Part shown: positions 18,614 through 29,800 of the stretch, in pieces | Layout: every line of letters starts with the position of its first letter | Numbering within the stretch: the first letter of the stretch is position 1 | Assembly: GCA_015064005.1 (NCBI GenBank) | Contig: SVTA01000003.1 | Coordinates: 1-47,360 of the forward strand | Direction: 5' to 3' | DNA from: Oscillospiraceae bacterium | Lineage (GTDB): Bacteria > Bacillota > Clostridia > Oscillospirales > CAG-272 | DNA length: 47,360 nucleotides | The notes under the pieces: generated by a model | Seen by the model: only the letters and a program-made list of their open reading frames with translations | Databases searched by the model: none | Told to the model about the DNA's origin: nothing | Made by a program: the position numbers and the translations under genes

Positions 18614-19768
18614 ATGAAAATCGTTTTAAACCGTCAACAGACCATTGCTCTGCTTTCTCCTCTGATGTGCGCCGTTTCCAATAAATCCACTGTAGCTGCT
18701 GCTGAGTGCGTGTTGATCGAGGCCTCGTTCCCCGATGTTTGCAAATTCACCACATATGATCTGGAAAAGGGTGTTTCTACCACCACGACCACCAAGGTGC
18801 TGGAGGAAGGCTGCTACATCATCAACGCGCAAAAAATGATGCAGACCCTGCGCGTGATGGACGGTGAGGAGGTTACGCTTTCCGTTGACGACAAGCTTTG
18901 CGCTATTTTTGCCTGTGGAAAATCCTCTCATAAGATGATCGCGCTGAACGGTGCGGATTTTCCTGAGCTGCCCTACCTTTCTAATGAAAAGGGCTTTACA
19001 ATGCCCGAGGGCACGCTGCGTGAGATGCTTTCCAAAACCATGTACGCAATGGGCGTAAATGATCAGCGCCCCGTGCTGAACGGCTGCTTCTTTGAGGTGA
19101 AAAACGATAGCATCCTGCTTGTTTCCTGTGATAGCTTCAAGCTGGCAAGATGTAAGACGGCAGTGGCACTGCAAAACGGTAATGCCGATGGCAGTGATCT
19201 TTCCTTCCGCTTTATCGTACCCGTTAAGACGGTAAATGATCTTTTCAAGCTGCTTTCCTCTGATGAGGAAAAGTCTGTCAGCATTTACATGACCAGAAAG
19301 CATATTCTTTTCCACATCGGTGAGCTGGAGTTTTTCTCCCGTCTCATTGACGGTGAATATATCGAATATGATCGCATTATCCGCAAGGATAGCAAGATTT
19401 TTGCGACCCTTAACAGAGATGAGCTGATCTCTTCTCTGGAAAGAGCTGCCCTGATCACAGAGGAGCGTGTGATGAACAGTGTGCGCTCTCACGTGAAGCT
19501 GCATTTTGAGGGCGGCCTTCTGAAGATCCTTGCCGCCTCCTCTGCCGGCAGCACCTATGATGAGATCGAGATCGAGCATGAGGGCGGAGATATTCTCATT
19601 GCCTTCAACAACCGCTTCCTCATTGATTCCGTCAGAGCCTGTGACAGTGAAACCATTAAAATGTCCCTTTCCTCCAATCTCGCCAGCGTCAATATTGAGC
19701 CGGCAGACGGTAAGGAAGAGGGTGCTGAGGATCTCTTTATGCTGCTGCCTGTCAGAATGAAGGAATAA
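18614..19768 (+). CDS. dnaN: DNA polymerase III beta clamp
   Basis: DFPELP, RPVLNG, SRLIDGEY, AFNNRFLID, LLPVR; ATG at 18614 after SD GAAAGGAG. Confidence 0.97.
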   Translation: MKIVLNRQQTIALLSPLMCAVSNKSTVAAAECVLIEASFPDVCKFTTYDLEKGVSTTTTTKVLEEGCYIINAQKMMQTLRVMDGEEVTLSVDDKLCAIFACGKSSHKMIALNGADFPELPYLSNEKGFTMPEGTLREMLSKTMYAMGVNDQRPVLNGCFFEVKNDSILLVSCDSFKLARCKTAVALQNGNADGSDLSFRFIVPVKTVNDLFKLLSSDEEKSVSIYMTRKHILFHIGELEFFSRLIDGEYIEYDRIIRKDSKIFATLNRDELISSLERAALITEERVMNSVRSHVKLHFEGGLLKILAASSAGSTYDEIEIEHEGGDILIAFNNRFLIDSVRACDSETIKMSLSSNLASVNIEPADGKEEGAEDLFMLLPVRMKE

Positions 19769-19774
19769 TACGGC

Positions 19775-20887
19775 ATGATCGCAAAAACATTAAAGCTTCA
19801 TCAGTTTCGCAACGTCAGCGACGCGGAGATTTCCTTTTCTGAGGGCGTCAACGTACTGTACGGCGACAACGCGGAGGGAAAAACGAATCTGCTGGAAGCT
19901 TTATATTACGCCTCCATCGGTAAAAGCTTTCGTGGTCAGCATGTAAATGAGCTTGTCCGCTTTGGTACCAATGAGGCGCAGATATCCCTTGATTACAACA
20001 GCTGTGGCCGTGACCAGAACATCAAAATTCAATTTTTTGACGGAAGGGTCAGAACGGTAGAAAAAAACAGGGTAAAAATCCCCCGTATGTCGGAGCTTGT
20101 GGGCTCCTTTAAGGCGGTTCTCTTTTGCCCGGAGCATCTTTCCCTCATTAAGGACGGTCCCGCGGAGCGCAGGCAGTTTTTGGATATTGCCATCAGCGCT
20201 CTGGAGCCCGCTTACCTTGCGGCGCTGCAGCGCTATAACCGTATTTTAAAGCAAAGAAATACGCTTTTGAAGAGTGCGGAAAAGAATCCTGCGGATTTCA
20301 AGGATACCGTGGATATCTGGTCGCAGCAGTTGGCAAGAGAGGGCGCTTATATTGCAAAAAGCCGGGAACGGTATGTGAAAAGAGCCTCTTTTTACGTAGA
20401 AGAATGCTTTGCCGATATGACAGGAACCAGAGAAAAGCCCTCCCTTGTCTATCACGGCTGTGGCGGTAAGGAGCTGGATACGTACGGCGACGTACAAAAA
20501 ACCGAGGTCGTGCTTTACAAAAGACTCTCGGAAAACCACGAGCGGGAAATCGGCGCGGGTGCCACACTGTACGGCATTCATAAGGATGACGTGGAGGTTT
20601 ATCTCAACGAGCGGGCTGCCAGGATCTACTGCTCCCAGGGACAGCAAAGATCCCTTGCCTTGGCGCTGAAAATAGCGGAAGCAGAGCTTTGTCGCGAGGA
20701 TTGCGGTGAATACCCGGTGCTGCTGTTTGACGACGTTTTATCTGAGCTGGATGAAAACCGCAGAAATTATCTCCTGCAAAAGATCAAGGGAAAGCAGGTG
20801 ATCCTTACCACCTGTGAAAAGGAAGAATTTTTGGCAACTCACCGCATTTTTGTAAAAGGCGGCATCTATCAAGCTGAAACGGAGTAA
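19775..20887 (+). CDS. recF: DNA replication/repair protein RecF
   Basis: FRN, GDNAEGKTNLLEA, GPAERRQFLD, SQGQQRS, LLFDDVLSELD. Confidence 0.97.
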   Translation: MIAKTLKLHQFRNVSDAEISFSEGVNVLYGDNAEGKTNLLEALYYASIGKSFRGQHVNELVRFGTNEAQISLDYNSCGRDQNIKIQFFDGRVRTVEKNRVKIPRMSELVGSFKAVLFCPEHLSLIKDGPAERRQFLDIAISALEPAYLAALQRYNRILKQRNTLLKSAEKNPADFKDTVDIWSQQLAREGAYIAKSRERYVKRASFYVEECFADMTGTREKPSLVYHGCGGKELDTYGDVQKTEVVLYKRLSENHEREIGAGATLYGIHKDDVEVYLNERAARIYCSQGQQRSLALALKIAEAELCREDCGEYPVLLFDDVLSELDENRRNYLLQKIKGKQVILTTCEKEEFLATHRIFVKGGIYQAETE

Positions 20888-20891
20888 AAAA

Positions 20892-21149
20892 ATGTTTTTA
20901 CACGTAGGCAATAATAAAAACATTAGAGAAAAGGATATCATCGGCATTTTTGACGCGGACACCGCCACCGTTTCCTCGGTAACGAGAAAATTTCTCACCG
21001 AGGCGGAAAAGCGGGGCGAGGTCGAGATTGCGGGTGAGGAAATACCGAAATCGTTTGTGATTTTTCGCAAAAAGGGCGGAAACGGTATTTGTTTTTCTCA
21101 ATTATCCACATCTGCCCTGCTTGGCAGAAGTGATAATCCAAAAAATTAA
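20892..21149 (+). CDS. remB: RemB / DUF370 family protein
   Basis: MFLHVG..KDIIGIFD..PKSFV; canonical position between recF and gyrB. Confidence 0.88.
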   Translation: MFLHVGNNKNIREKDIIGIFDADTATVSSVTRKFLTEAEKRGEVEIAGEEIPKSFVIFRKKGGNGICFSQLSTSALLGRSDNPKN

Positions 21150-21195
21150 AAGCGTAACATAAAGAATTGTGAAGTTCGAAAAGGAAGGACAGAAC

Positions 21196-23160
21196 ATGGC
21201 AAACAACGAAGAAAAAAGACAAGTGTACGACGACAGTCAAATACAGGTTTTGGAGGGTCTGGAGGCGGTGCGCCGCCGTCCGGGCATGTATATCGGCTCC
21301 ACCTCGTTGCGCGGCTTGCATCATTTGGTTTATGAGATCGTGGATAACTCCATCGACGAGGCACTGGCCGGCCGATGCAGTAATATTGACGTTACCCTTC
21401 TGCCCGACGGCTCCGTTGCCATTCAGGATGACGGTCAGGGTATTCCCGGCGGCATTCATCCCAAGATGGGTATTCCTACACTTGAGGTTATATTTACCGT
21501 GCTCCATGCCGGCGGCAAGTTTGACGGCAACGGATACGAGTTTTCCGGCGGTCTGCACGGTGTAGGCTCCTCGGTTGTAAACGCGCTTTCCGAGTGGATC
21601 GAGCTGGAATCCTGCTATCAGGGTCGCCGTTATACCGAGCGCTTTGAGCGCGGTGTGGTGGCAAGGCCCTTTGCGGATGAGGGCGTCACCGAAAAGCACG
21701 GCCTTTTCGTGCGCTTTAAACCCGACGATACCATCTTTGACGAGGTGGAATTTGATTACGAAACGCTTTTGAAGCGTCTGCGCGAGCAGGCGTTCCTCAA
21801 TGCAGGCGTTACCATTTCCATTACCGACAAGCGTCCGCAGGCAGAGAAGGAGGACGGCTCCTTTACCGGTGAGGTGATGCAGTATGACGGTGGTATCCGC
21901 AATTTTGTAACCTATCTCAACGAGCAAAAGCACGCGCAGGCAGTGCATCCTGAGGTGGTTTACATTCGCGGAGAGAAGGTGGAGGAGGAGCGCGGCCGCA
22001 CCATTATGGAGGTGGCACTGCAGTACACCACCACCTATACCGAAACCTTTATGACCTTTGCCAACGACATCAATACTCACGAGGGCGGTACCCACGAGGA
22101 GGGCTTTAAAAAGGCGCTGACAAAGGTGATTAACGAATATGCCCGCAAGTACAAAATTCTGAAGGATAAGGATCTGAATCTGAAGCCCGAGGACGTGCGC
22201 GAGGGTCTTACCGCTATCGTTTCCGTCAAGCTGAAGGAGGCACAGTTCGAGGGTCAGACCAAAACAAAGCTTGGCAACGCTCACGTGCGCCAGTTTGTGG
22301 ATAAGGTGGTTACCGAAAAGCTGACCGAGTACTTTGAGGAGCATCCCAATGAGGGAAGAGCTATCATTGAAAAGGCCGTTCTGGCAAGCCAGGCAAGAGA
22401 GGCCGCCCGTAAGGCAAGAGAGGCCAGCCGTCGCAAGAATCCGCTGGAATCCATGTCCCTGCCCGGTAAGCTTTCCGACTGCACCGAGCGCAACAAGGAG
22501 CTCACCGAGGTCTATTTGGTGGAGGGAGATTCCGCAGGAGGCTCTGCAAAGCAGGGTCGAGATCCCCGCTTCCAGGCCATTCTCCCCTTGCGCGGTAAGA
22601 TTCTGAACGTAGAAAAGATCAATCCCACAAAGGTATATGCCAATCAGTCCGTGCAGCCTATCATTCAGGCGCTGGGCTGCGGCATCGGCCCTGATTTTGA
22701 TATTGAAAAGCTCCGCTACGGTAAGATCATTCTCATGGCGGATGCGGACGTGGACGGCTCGCATATTCAGATTCTGCTTCTCACATTCCTGTTCCGTCAC
22801 ATGAAACCGCTGATTGAAAACGGGCGCGTGTTCCTTGCAAAGCCTCCGCTTTACAAGATCTATAAGCGATCCGGCCGTGTGGGTGGCGAAAAATACGCCT
22901 ACACCGATGCCGAGCGTGACGCCCTGCTTGCCGAAAACAAGGGCTTTGAGGCAGACCGCTACAAGGGTCTTGGTGAGATGAACCCGGATCAGCTCTGGGA
23001 GACCACCATGGATCCCGAGCGCCGCATTTTGCTGCGTGTGACCATGGAGGATGCCATCCTCTGTGACCAGATATTTGCCACGCTGATGGGCGATGAGGTG
23101 GAGCCTCGCCGCGCCTTCATCGAGGAAAACGCCAGATTTGCTGAAAATCTGGATATCTGA
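21196..23160 (+). CDS. gyrB: DNA gyrase subunit B
   Basis: [52 protein letters not shown]. Confidence 0.98.
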   Translation: MANNEEKRQVYDDSQIQVLEGLEAVRRRPGMYIGSTSLRGLHHLVYEIVDNSIDEALAGRCSNIDVTLLPDGSVAIQDDGQGIPGGIHPKMGIPTLEVIFTVLHAGGKFDGNGYEFSGGLHGVGSSVVNALSEWIELESCYQGRRYTERFERGVVARPFADEGVTEKHGLFVRFKPDDTIFDEVEFDYETLLKRLREQAFLNAGVTISITDKRPQAEKEDGSFTGEVMQYDGGIRNFVTYLNEQKHAQAVHPEVVYIRGEKVEEERGRTIMEVALQYTTTYTETFMTFANDINTHEGGTHEEGFKKALTKVINEYARKYKILKDKDLNLKPEDVREGLTAIVSVKLKEAQFEGQTKTKLGNAHVRQFVDKVVTEKLTEYFEEHPNEGRAIIEKAVLASQAREAARKAREASRRKNPLESMSLPGKLSDCTERNKELTEVYLVEGDSAGGSAKQGRDPRFQAILPLRGKILNVEKINPTKVYANQSVQPIIQALGCGIGPDFDIEKLRYGKIILMADADVDGSHIQILLLTFLFRHMKPLIENGRVFLAKPPLYKIYKRSGRVGGEKYAYTDAERDALLAENKGFEADRYKGLGEMNPDQLWETTMDPERRILLRVTMEDAILCDQIFATLMGDEVEPRRAFIEENARFAENLDI

Positions 23161-23180
23161 TCAGAAAGGTGATAGAAAAA

Positions 23181-25694
23181 ATGGATAACAAAAAAGATAA
23201 TATCGAATTTCCGAATCAGATCATACAGGACGTAGAAATGAGCGGCCGCGTCAAGCAGGCCTTTATCGAGTATGCCATGTCGGTTATCGTGGCCCGTGCC
23301 CTGCCGGACGTGCGCGACGGTATGAAGCCCGGCCAGCGCCGTATCATGTATGCGATGTACGAGGATCATCTGACCTCGGATAAGCCCTTCTACAAATCCG
23401 CTACCACCGTCGGTAACGTGCTGGGTCGCTATCATCCGCACGGTGACGCGGCCGTTTACGGCACCATGGTGCGTATGGCGCAGGATTTCTCGCTTCGTTA
23501 TCCCCTCATTGAGGGTCAGGGTAACTTTGGCTCCGTAGACGGTGACGGTGCGGCCGCTTACCGTTATACCGAGGCGCGTTTGGCAAAGATCTCCAACGAG
23601 CTGATGGCCGACCTTGAAAAGGAGGTCGTTCCCTTCGGTCCCAACTTTGATAACCGCCGCCGCGAGCCTCTGGTGCTTCCCTCCCGCTTCCCGAACCTGC
23701 TTGTAAACGGATCCGTCGGTATTGCCGTCGGTATGGCCACCAACATTCCGCCTCACAACATGGGTGAGGTGATTGACGCCACCATTTACCGTATGGACAA
23801 TCCCGAGGCTACTGTTGAAGAGCTGATGCAGTATATCAAGGGTCCTGACTTTCCTACCGCCGCCACCTGCTATGGCGTACAGGGCATCATTGACGCCTAC
23901 AGAACCGGTAAGGGTCGCGTGATGGTACGCGCAAAATGCGAGGTGGACGAGGAGCATCATCAGATCAAGGTAACGGAAATTCCCTATCAGGTCAACAAAT
24001 CCACACTGGTTATGTCCATTGCGGAGCTTGTTAAGGATAAAAAAATAGACGGTATTACCGATATCAAGGATGTTTCCAGTGACCGTAACGGCATCTGCAT
24101 TCTCATTCCCTATCGCCGTGATGCCAACGGTCAGGTGATCCTCAACCAACTTTACAAGTATACCCAGCTGCAGGATACCTGCTCCATCAATATGCTGGCG
24201 CTGGTAGGTGGCGAGCCGAAGATCCTTTCCCTGCCCGAAATTCTTGACCATTATATCCGTCATCAGCAGGACGTGATCCGTCGCCGCACCAAGTTTGATT
24301 TGGACAAGGCTGAAGCGCGCGCCCACATTCTGGAGGGCTACAAGATCGCCAATGATAACATCGACGACGTGGTAGATCTGATCCGTTCCGCCGCATCCAT
24401 TGCAGATGCCAAGGAAAAGATGATGGAGATCTACGGACTTTCTGAAATTCAGGCACAGGCCATCGTGGAGATGACCCTTGGCAAGCTGACCGGTCTCGAG
24501 CGGCAAAAGATCGAGGAGGAGCTGGATCGTCTGCACCTGCTCATCGCCGAGCTGCAGGGCGTGCTTGCCGATCCCGAAAAGATCAACGATATCATCCGCG
24601 AGGAGCTTTCCGAGGTGCGCCGCAAGTATGCTGACGAGCGCCGCACCGAGATCGTGGAGGCCACCGATGACATTGACCTTGAGGATCTCATCGAAAAGCA
24701 CAGCTGCGTGATTACGCTGACCCACGCCGGTTACATCAAGCGTCAGCCTGCCGACACCTATCAGACCCAGAACAAGGGTGGAAAGGGTATCATCGGCATG
24801 ACCACCAAGGAGGAGGACTTCATTGAGAAGCTGATGGTGGTCAACAGCCACTCCTACCTGATGATGTTCACCAACACCGGCAAGGTATTTATGCGCAAGG
24901 CATATCAGATCCCGGAGGCCTCCCGCACCGCCAAGGGCTCCAATATCATCAATCTGATCGAAACCTCCTCGGAGGAAAAGATCACGGCCATGATCAGCGT
25001 GGCTGAATTTTCCGAGGACGCATATCTCACCATGGTGACCAGACAAGGCGTGATCAAGCGCACGTTGCTTTCCGAGTATGAATATCAGCGTAAGGGCGGA
25101 AAGATCGCTCTGAATCTGGACGAGGGCGATGAACTGGTGTTTGTCATGCTTTCCAAGGGTGAAAAGGATGTGCTGATCGCCACCCATGAGGGTGCTGCAG
25201 CCCGCTTTACCGAGTCGACCGTGCGCCCGCTCGGCCGAACTGCCCGCGGTGTGCGCGGCGTGAAGCTGCGCGAGGGTGATTTCGTTGTAGGTGCTACGAT
25301 CGTAGACGATACAAAGCAGTTGATTACCGTAACCGAAAACGGATACGGAAAACGCACCCCGTTTGAGGACTTCCGTGTGAAGGGTCGCGGCGGTCTTGGC
25401 GTAACCTGCCATAATCTGACCGAAAAGACGGGCCTACTTGCAGGCATTGCCACGGTAGATGACGGCGATGACCTGATGATGATCACCAACCTCGGAACGG
25501 TGATCCGCACCCCTGTTTCTCAGATCAACACCTATTCCCGTACCGCCTCCGGCGTCATCGTGATGCGCCTCGGGGAGGGGCAGACGCTCGCGGGCTTCTC
25601 CAAGGTAGCCCACGAGGAGGAATCCCTCGAAACGGTAGCGGAAAATGAGCAACCCACAGAAGCTCCCGCCACGGTGGAAAACAAGACGGAATAA
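23181..25694 (+). CDS. gyrA: DNA gyrase subunit A
   Basis: [22 protein letters not shown] catalytic Tyr, GyrA-box QNKGGKG. Confidence 0.98.
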   Translation: MDNKKDNIEFPNQIIQDVEMSGRVKQAFIEYAMSVIVARALPDVRDGMKPGQRRIMYAMYEDHLTSDKPFYKSATTVGNVLGRYHPHGDAAVYGTMVRMAQDFSLRYPLIEGQGNFGSVDGDGAAAYRYTEARLAKISNELMADLEKEVVPFGPNFDNRRREPLVLPSRFPNLLVNGSVGIAVGMATNIPPHNMGEVIDATIYRMDNPEATVEELMQYIKGPDFPTAATCYGVQGIIDAYRTGKGRVMVRAKCEVDEEHHQIKVTEIPYQVNKSTLVMSIAELVKDKKIDGITDIKDVSSDRNGICILIPYRRDANGQVILNQLYKYTQLQDTCSINMLALVGGEPKILSLPEILDHYIRHQQDVIRRRTKFDLDKAEARAHILEGYKIANDNIDDVVDLIRSAASIADAKEKMMEIYGLSEIQAQAIVEMTLGKLTGLERQKIEEELDRLHLLIAELQGVLADPEKINDIIREELSEVRRKYADERRTEIVEATDDIDLEDLIEKHSCVITLTHAGYIKRQPADTYQTQNKGGKGIIGMTTKEEDFIEKLMVVNSHSYLMMFTNTGKVFMRKAYQIPEASRTAKGSNIINLIETSSEEKITAMISVAEFSEDAYLTMVTRQGVIKRTLLSEYEYQRKGGKIALNLDEGDELVFVMLSKGEKDVLIATHEGAAARFTESTVRPLGRTARGVRGVKLREGDFVVGATIVDDTKQLITVTENGYGKRTPFEDFRVKGRGGLGVTCHNLTEKTGLLAGIATVDDGDDLMMITNLGTVIRTPVSQINTYSRTASGVIVMRLGEGQTLAGFSKVAHEEESLETVAENEQPTEAPATVENKTE

Positions 25695-25702
25695 GCAATA
25701 AG

Positions 25703-25732
25703 ACGGCTCCGGGCATATGTGCCCGGAGCCGT
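25703..25732 (+). terminator. Strong hairpin after gyrA without U-tract (weak terminator or stabiliser)
   Basis: ACGGCTCCGGGCA-TATG-TGCCCGGAGCCGT followed by TCCCCCC. Confidence 0.45.
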
Positions 25733-25789
25733 TCCCCCCGAAAAAGCCCCGAGACGGGTGCTATTTTTAGCAAAAAACAGGAGATTACA

Positions 25790-26767
25790 ATGAAGAACCG
25801 ATTGATCGCTGCCATCATTGCCGTGGCGCTGGTCCTCGTAACGTTGATTTCCGTGCTGATCGTGCGAGAGGTGCGAAAATCCCCGCCCCCGGAGCTTTCA
25901 ACGCTGCGGGACAGGGTGATCGCTCTGGTGGATGCCTCCGCCGAGGTCAACGAGATCCTTTTTGGCCAGGGACTTCCTACTTATCCTCGCATAAATCGCC
26001 CGGTAGAACAGCCGTTTTATTTAAATAAGACTGAAAACGGGTTCGTTTTTTCAGCAGAATCCACCGCGCATCGGCTATACTACAGATCCATTCCCGACGA
26101 GAAGCTTGGCACGGTCATTGCCTACCAATACTGCCTGCGGGAAACCGTTGGCGAGGAGGATTATCTCTATATCGACGTGGAAATGAATATCCCCCGCACC
26201 AGCTGGGACTTGGGTAAGCTGCGCTACGTGCAAAAGACCACCGAGGTACGGGAGGAGGAGCCTATCTACGTCAGCGGCAATCAGTATTATTACCGCTTGG
26301 AGGACTACGTAGAGGACACCTTCTATTACGACGACTATCAGGGTGCACAATACGCGTATTATGATTTCGTAAAGCCTAACGAGGAGTACTCCTCCATTGC
26401 GGATATCAAGAAAAAGGCAGAAACCGTCTACGCTAAAAGCTATCTGGAGTCGGTCTACGATAGCCTTTTTGTGGGTATCAGCATTTCCGAGGAGGAAAAT
26501 GGTACCCTTTATGCCCGTTACATGGAGGGAAAGGACAAGGACGGAATCCCGATGCTGCTGAAGCTGAACACCTACGAGGGGCTGGATACCGGCCGCGTAT
26601 ATCTCTACGACACCATGCGCTACAGCGAGGAAAAGCGCAGCTCCGCCAACTACGTGTATATCGAGATGGATACACACCTGGAGGGCGAGGAGGATAAGCT
26701 TTTGACGGTACGCATTTCCCTCACGCTGGTAAACGGAATGTGGTATCTGGATTCCCCAACCTACTGA
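25790..26767 (+). CDS. Hypothetical N-terminally membrane-anchored extracytoplasmic protein
   Basis: 325-aa ORF, SD CAGGAG, single N-terminal TM helix, Tyr- and acid-rich. Confidence 0.8.
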   Translation: MKNRLIAAIIAVALVLVTLISVLIVREVRKSPPPELSTLRDRVIALVDASAEVNEILFGQGLPTYPRINRPVEQPFYLNKTENGFVFSAESTAHRLYYRSIPDEKLGTVIAYQYCLRETVGEEDYLYIDVEMNIPRTSWDLGKLRYVQKTTEVREEEPIYVSGNQYYYRLEDYVEDTFYYDDYQGAQYAYYDFVKPNEEYSSIADIKKKAETVYAKSYLESVYDSLFVGISISEEENGTLYARYMEGKDKDGIPMLLKLNTYEGLDTGRVYLYDTMRYSEEKRSSANYVYIEMDTHLEGEEDKLLTVRISLTLVNGMWYLDSPTY

Positions 26768-26805
26768 AATTCCACACCGTTTGGCACTTTTTTGTATAAA
26801 CAGAG

Positions 26806-26853
26806 AAAAAAGCTCCCATTCTACCTTTAGAAAGGTAGAGAGGAGCTTTTTTT
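26806..26853 (+). terminator. Terminator-like hairpin overlapping the nifJ SD
   Basis: AAAAAAGCTCC-CAT-TCTACCTTT-AG-AAAGGTAGA-GA-GGAGCTTTTTTT immediately before the ATG. Confidence 0.7.
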
Positions 26854-29800
26854 ATGCCTATCAAAAGAATAAAAAAGACGGTAGACGGCAACACAGCCGC
26901 GGCACACGCGGCCTTCGCCTTTACGGAGGTGGCGGCCATCTATCCCATTACCCCCTCAACGCCGATGGCGGAGCGCACGGATGTGTGGGCGGCATCGGGA
27001 AAAAATTTACTGGGCGATACGGCGCAAAATCTGATGGGAAGCGTGCCGAAGGTGGTGGAGATGCAGTCCGAGGCGGGAGTTGGCGGTGCGGTGCACGGTG
27101 CGCTGTCTGCCGGTGCGCTGACCACAACCTATACGGCCTCTCAAGGGCTGCTGTTGATGCTGCCGGATATGTATAAGATCGCGGGTGAGGCGCTGCCTCT
27201 GGTGATTCATGCCTCGGCCAGAACCGTGGCGACCCACGCACTCAGTATTTTTGGGGATCACTCCGACGTGTATGCCTGCAGGCAAAGCGGCTTTGCTATG
27301 ATTTCCTCCTGCAACCCGCAGGAGGTGATGGATCTTGCTCCCGTGGCGCATCTTGCTGCCCTCGAGGGGCGGGTACCGTTCCTGCACTTTTTTGATGGCT
27401 TCCGTACCTCGCATCAGATTGAAAAGATCGAGGTGTGGTCAAGCGAGCAGCTGAAGCCGCTGCTGAATGAGGGCGCTCTGGACGCGTTTCGACGGTCAGC
27501 GCTGCACCCGACGCGACCCGGCTCCCGCGGCGCGGCAGAAAATGGAGACATCTATTTTCAACACCGTGAGGTGGCTAATTTACGCTACGAGGCGTTGCCT
27601 CATGTGGTAGAGCGCTATATGGAGGAGATCAACCGATTGCTGGGCACCTCCTACGGTTTATTTGAATACGAGGGCGCGCCGGACGCGGAGCGCGTGGTGG
27701 TGGCGATGGGCTCCTTCTGCGACGTGACAAGTGAGGTGGTGCGCCATCTCGTTGCAAAGGGAGAAAAGGTGGGACTTGTACGAGTTCGCCTCTACCGCCC
27801 CTTTGTAAAAGAACGATTTTTAGCGGTTATCCCCCAAACGGTGCGGAAAATGGCGGTTTTGGATCGAACCAAGGAGTCCGGTGCGCCGGGAGAACCGCTG
27901 TATCTTGACGTGGTGACCGCACTGAGGGATAGCGGCAGGGAAATTTGCGTAGTGGGCGGCAGATACGGTCTTGCCTCCAAAAACACCCCGCCCGCAGACG
28001 CCTTTGCCGTGTTTGAGCATCTGAAGGCAGAGGCGCCGCGACACGACTTTACGCTGGGGATCACAGATGATGTGACCTTTCGGTCGCTTTCTTCCCTGCC
28101 GGCGCCGGACACCCTGCCCCGCGGTACGGTTTCCTGCAAGCTGTGGGGCATTGGAGGCGACGGCACGGTAGGTGCCTCCAAAAGCATTGTCAAGATCGTG
28201 GGCGATCACACGGAGCGGTACGTGCAGGCATATTTTCAGTACGATTCCAAGAAAACCGGCGGCATAACGGTATCACATCTGCGCTTTGGCAACGTGCCCA
28301 TTCATGCCCCCTACGACGTAGACAGAGCCAATTTTGTCGCCTGCCTGCACCCGATGTTCCTCGAAAAGGATTTTCCCTTGATAGATGAGATCCTGCCGGG
28401 CGGCACTTTGCTGGTGGATACGCCTCTGCAGCCGGACGAGGCGTGGGCGGGATTTTCTTCCAAAATACGGGAAACGGTGCTGAAAAAAGAAATTTCCTGC
28501 TACGTGATCGACGCTGCGGGGCTTGCCCGACGAGAGATTGGCAACGTCAAGGTGAAAAATATGATTCTGACAGGTGCGTTTTTCGCCCTGACGGATATGA
28601 TGCAACCGGAGGAGGCAGAGCAATATCTGGCAGAAACGATTCGCGAAAGCTACGGCAAATACGGTAACGAGGTGGTGGCGCAAAATCTGCGTGCCGTCAC
28701 GCTTGGCAAATCGGGCTTTTTGAAGATTTCCCCCAAAACGGTACTAGAAAACGGGGAAAACGTGAAAAAAGAGGAGAAAATGCCGCAATGCACGTATCAT
28801 GACAGCGCATTCGCCACGCAAATCATGGATCCTGTCAAGCTCTTGCGCGGCGACAGTGTGCCGGTTTCGGCCTTTCGGGAAATAGAAGGGGGGATCTATC
28901 CCCCCGGCACCACGGCATTGGAAAAGCGTGGCATTGCTCCCTTCGTATCCTGCTGGATACCGGAAAACTGTATCCAGTGCAACACCTGTGCCTTTGTCTG
29001 CCCGCACGCCACGGTGCGTGCCTTTGCGCTGAATGACGCGGAGCTTGCAAAAGCCCCCGCTGCATTGAAAAAAGCCTCAAGACGGGTGGCGAAAAGCGAC
29101 TATACCTTTGCCATTGGTATTTCCCCATTGGACTGCATGGGCTGCACGCTGTGTGTCAAGTCCTGCCCGGTGAACCGGCGGGTCACGGAGGAGGCGGAAA
29201 AGAATGGAAAAGAGCCGGACAGAGGGCGCTTTGCCATTGATATGAAACCGCAGAAAACACAAATTGGCCAGCAAATGGTATTTGATTTTTTGGTAGAAGA
29301 GGCTTCGGAAAAGCCGGAGCTTTTTGGCTTTACCGTGCGGGAAAGTCAATTCCGGCAGCCGCTGATGGAGTTTTCCGGCGCTTGCGCCGGATGCGCGGAG
29401 GCTGCCTATGCCAGATTGGTGACGCAGCTGTTTGGTCAGCGTATGTATATTTCCAATGCTACGGGCTGCTCCTCCATCTGGGGCTGCTCCGCGCCATCCA
29501 CTGCCTACACCTATCATCGAGGCAGTGGCTGCGGCCCCGCTTGGGCAAATTCCCTCTTTGAGGACAATGCGGAGCACGGCCTTGGCTTTTGGCTGGCGGG
29601 GGAGGCAGCCCGACAGAGGCAGGAGGCGCGTTTGCGTCGGCTTTTGCCGGATGCGAATGATGCACTGCGGGCGTGCATTCAACAGTACCTGCAGGCAGAC
29701 GGTCACGCCACCGAGGAGGAGGCAAGGGCGCTGGTAGAGGCGCTAAAAAACACGAAACACCCGGAAACGGGGCGGATTTTGGCGGAAAAGGAGCATCTTT

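Noticed and set aside
20995-25412. Long antisense ORFs (601 and 807 aa) opposite gyrB and gyrA
   Set aside because: Shadow frames produced by codon bias of highly conserved genes; no motifs or SD
26781-26797. sigma54-like TTGGCAC...TTGT upstream of nifJ (similar TGGCAC-ATA-TTGC upstream of mnmG)
   Set aside because: The -24/-12 spacing is wrong (4 and 3 nt instead of 5)
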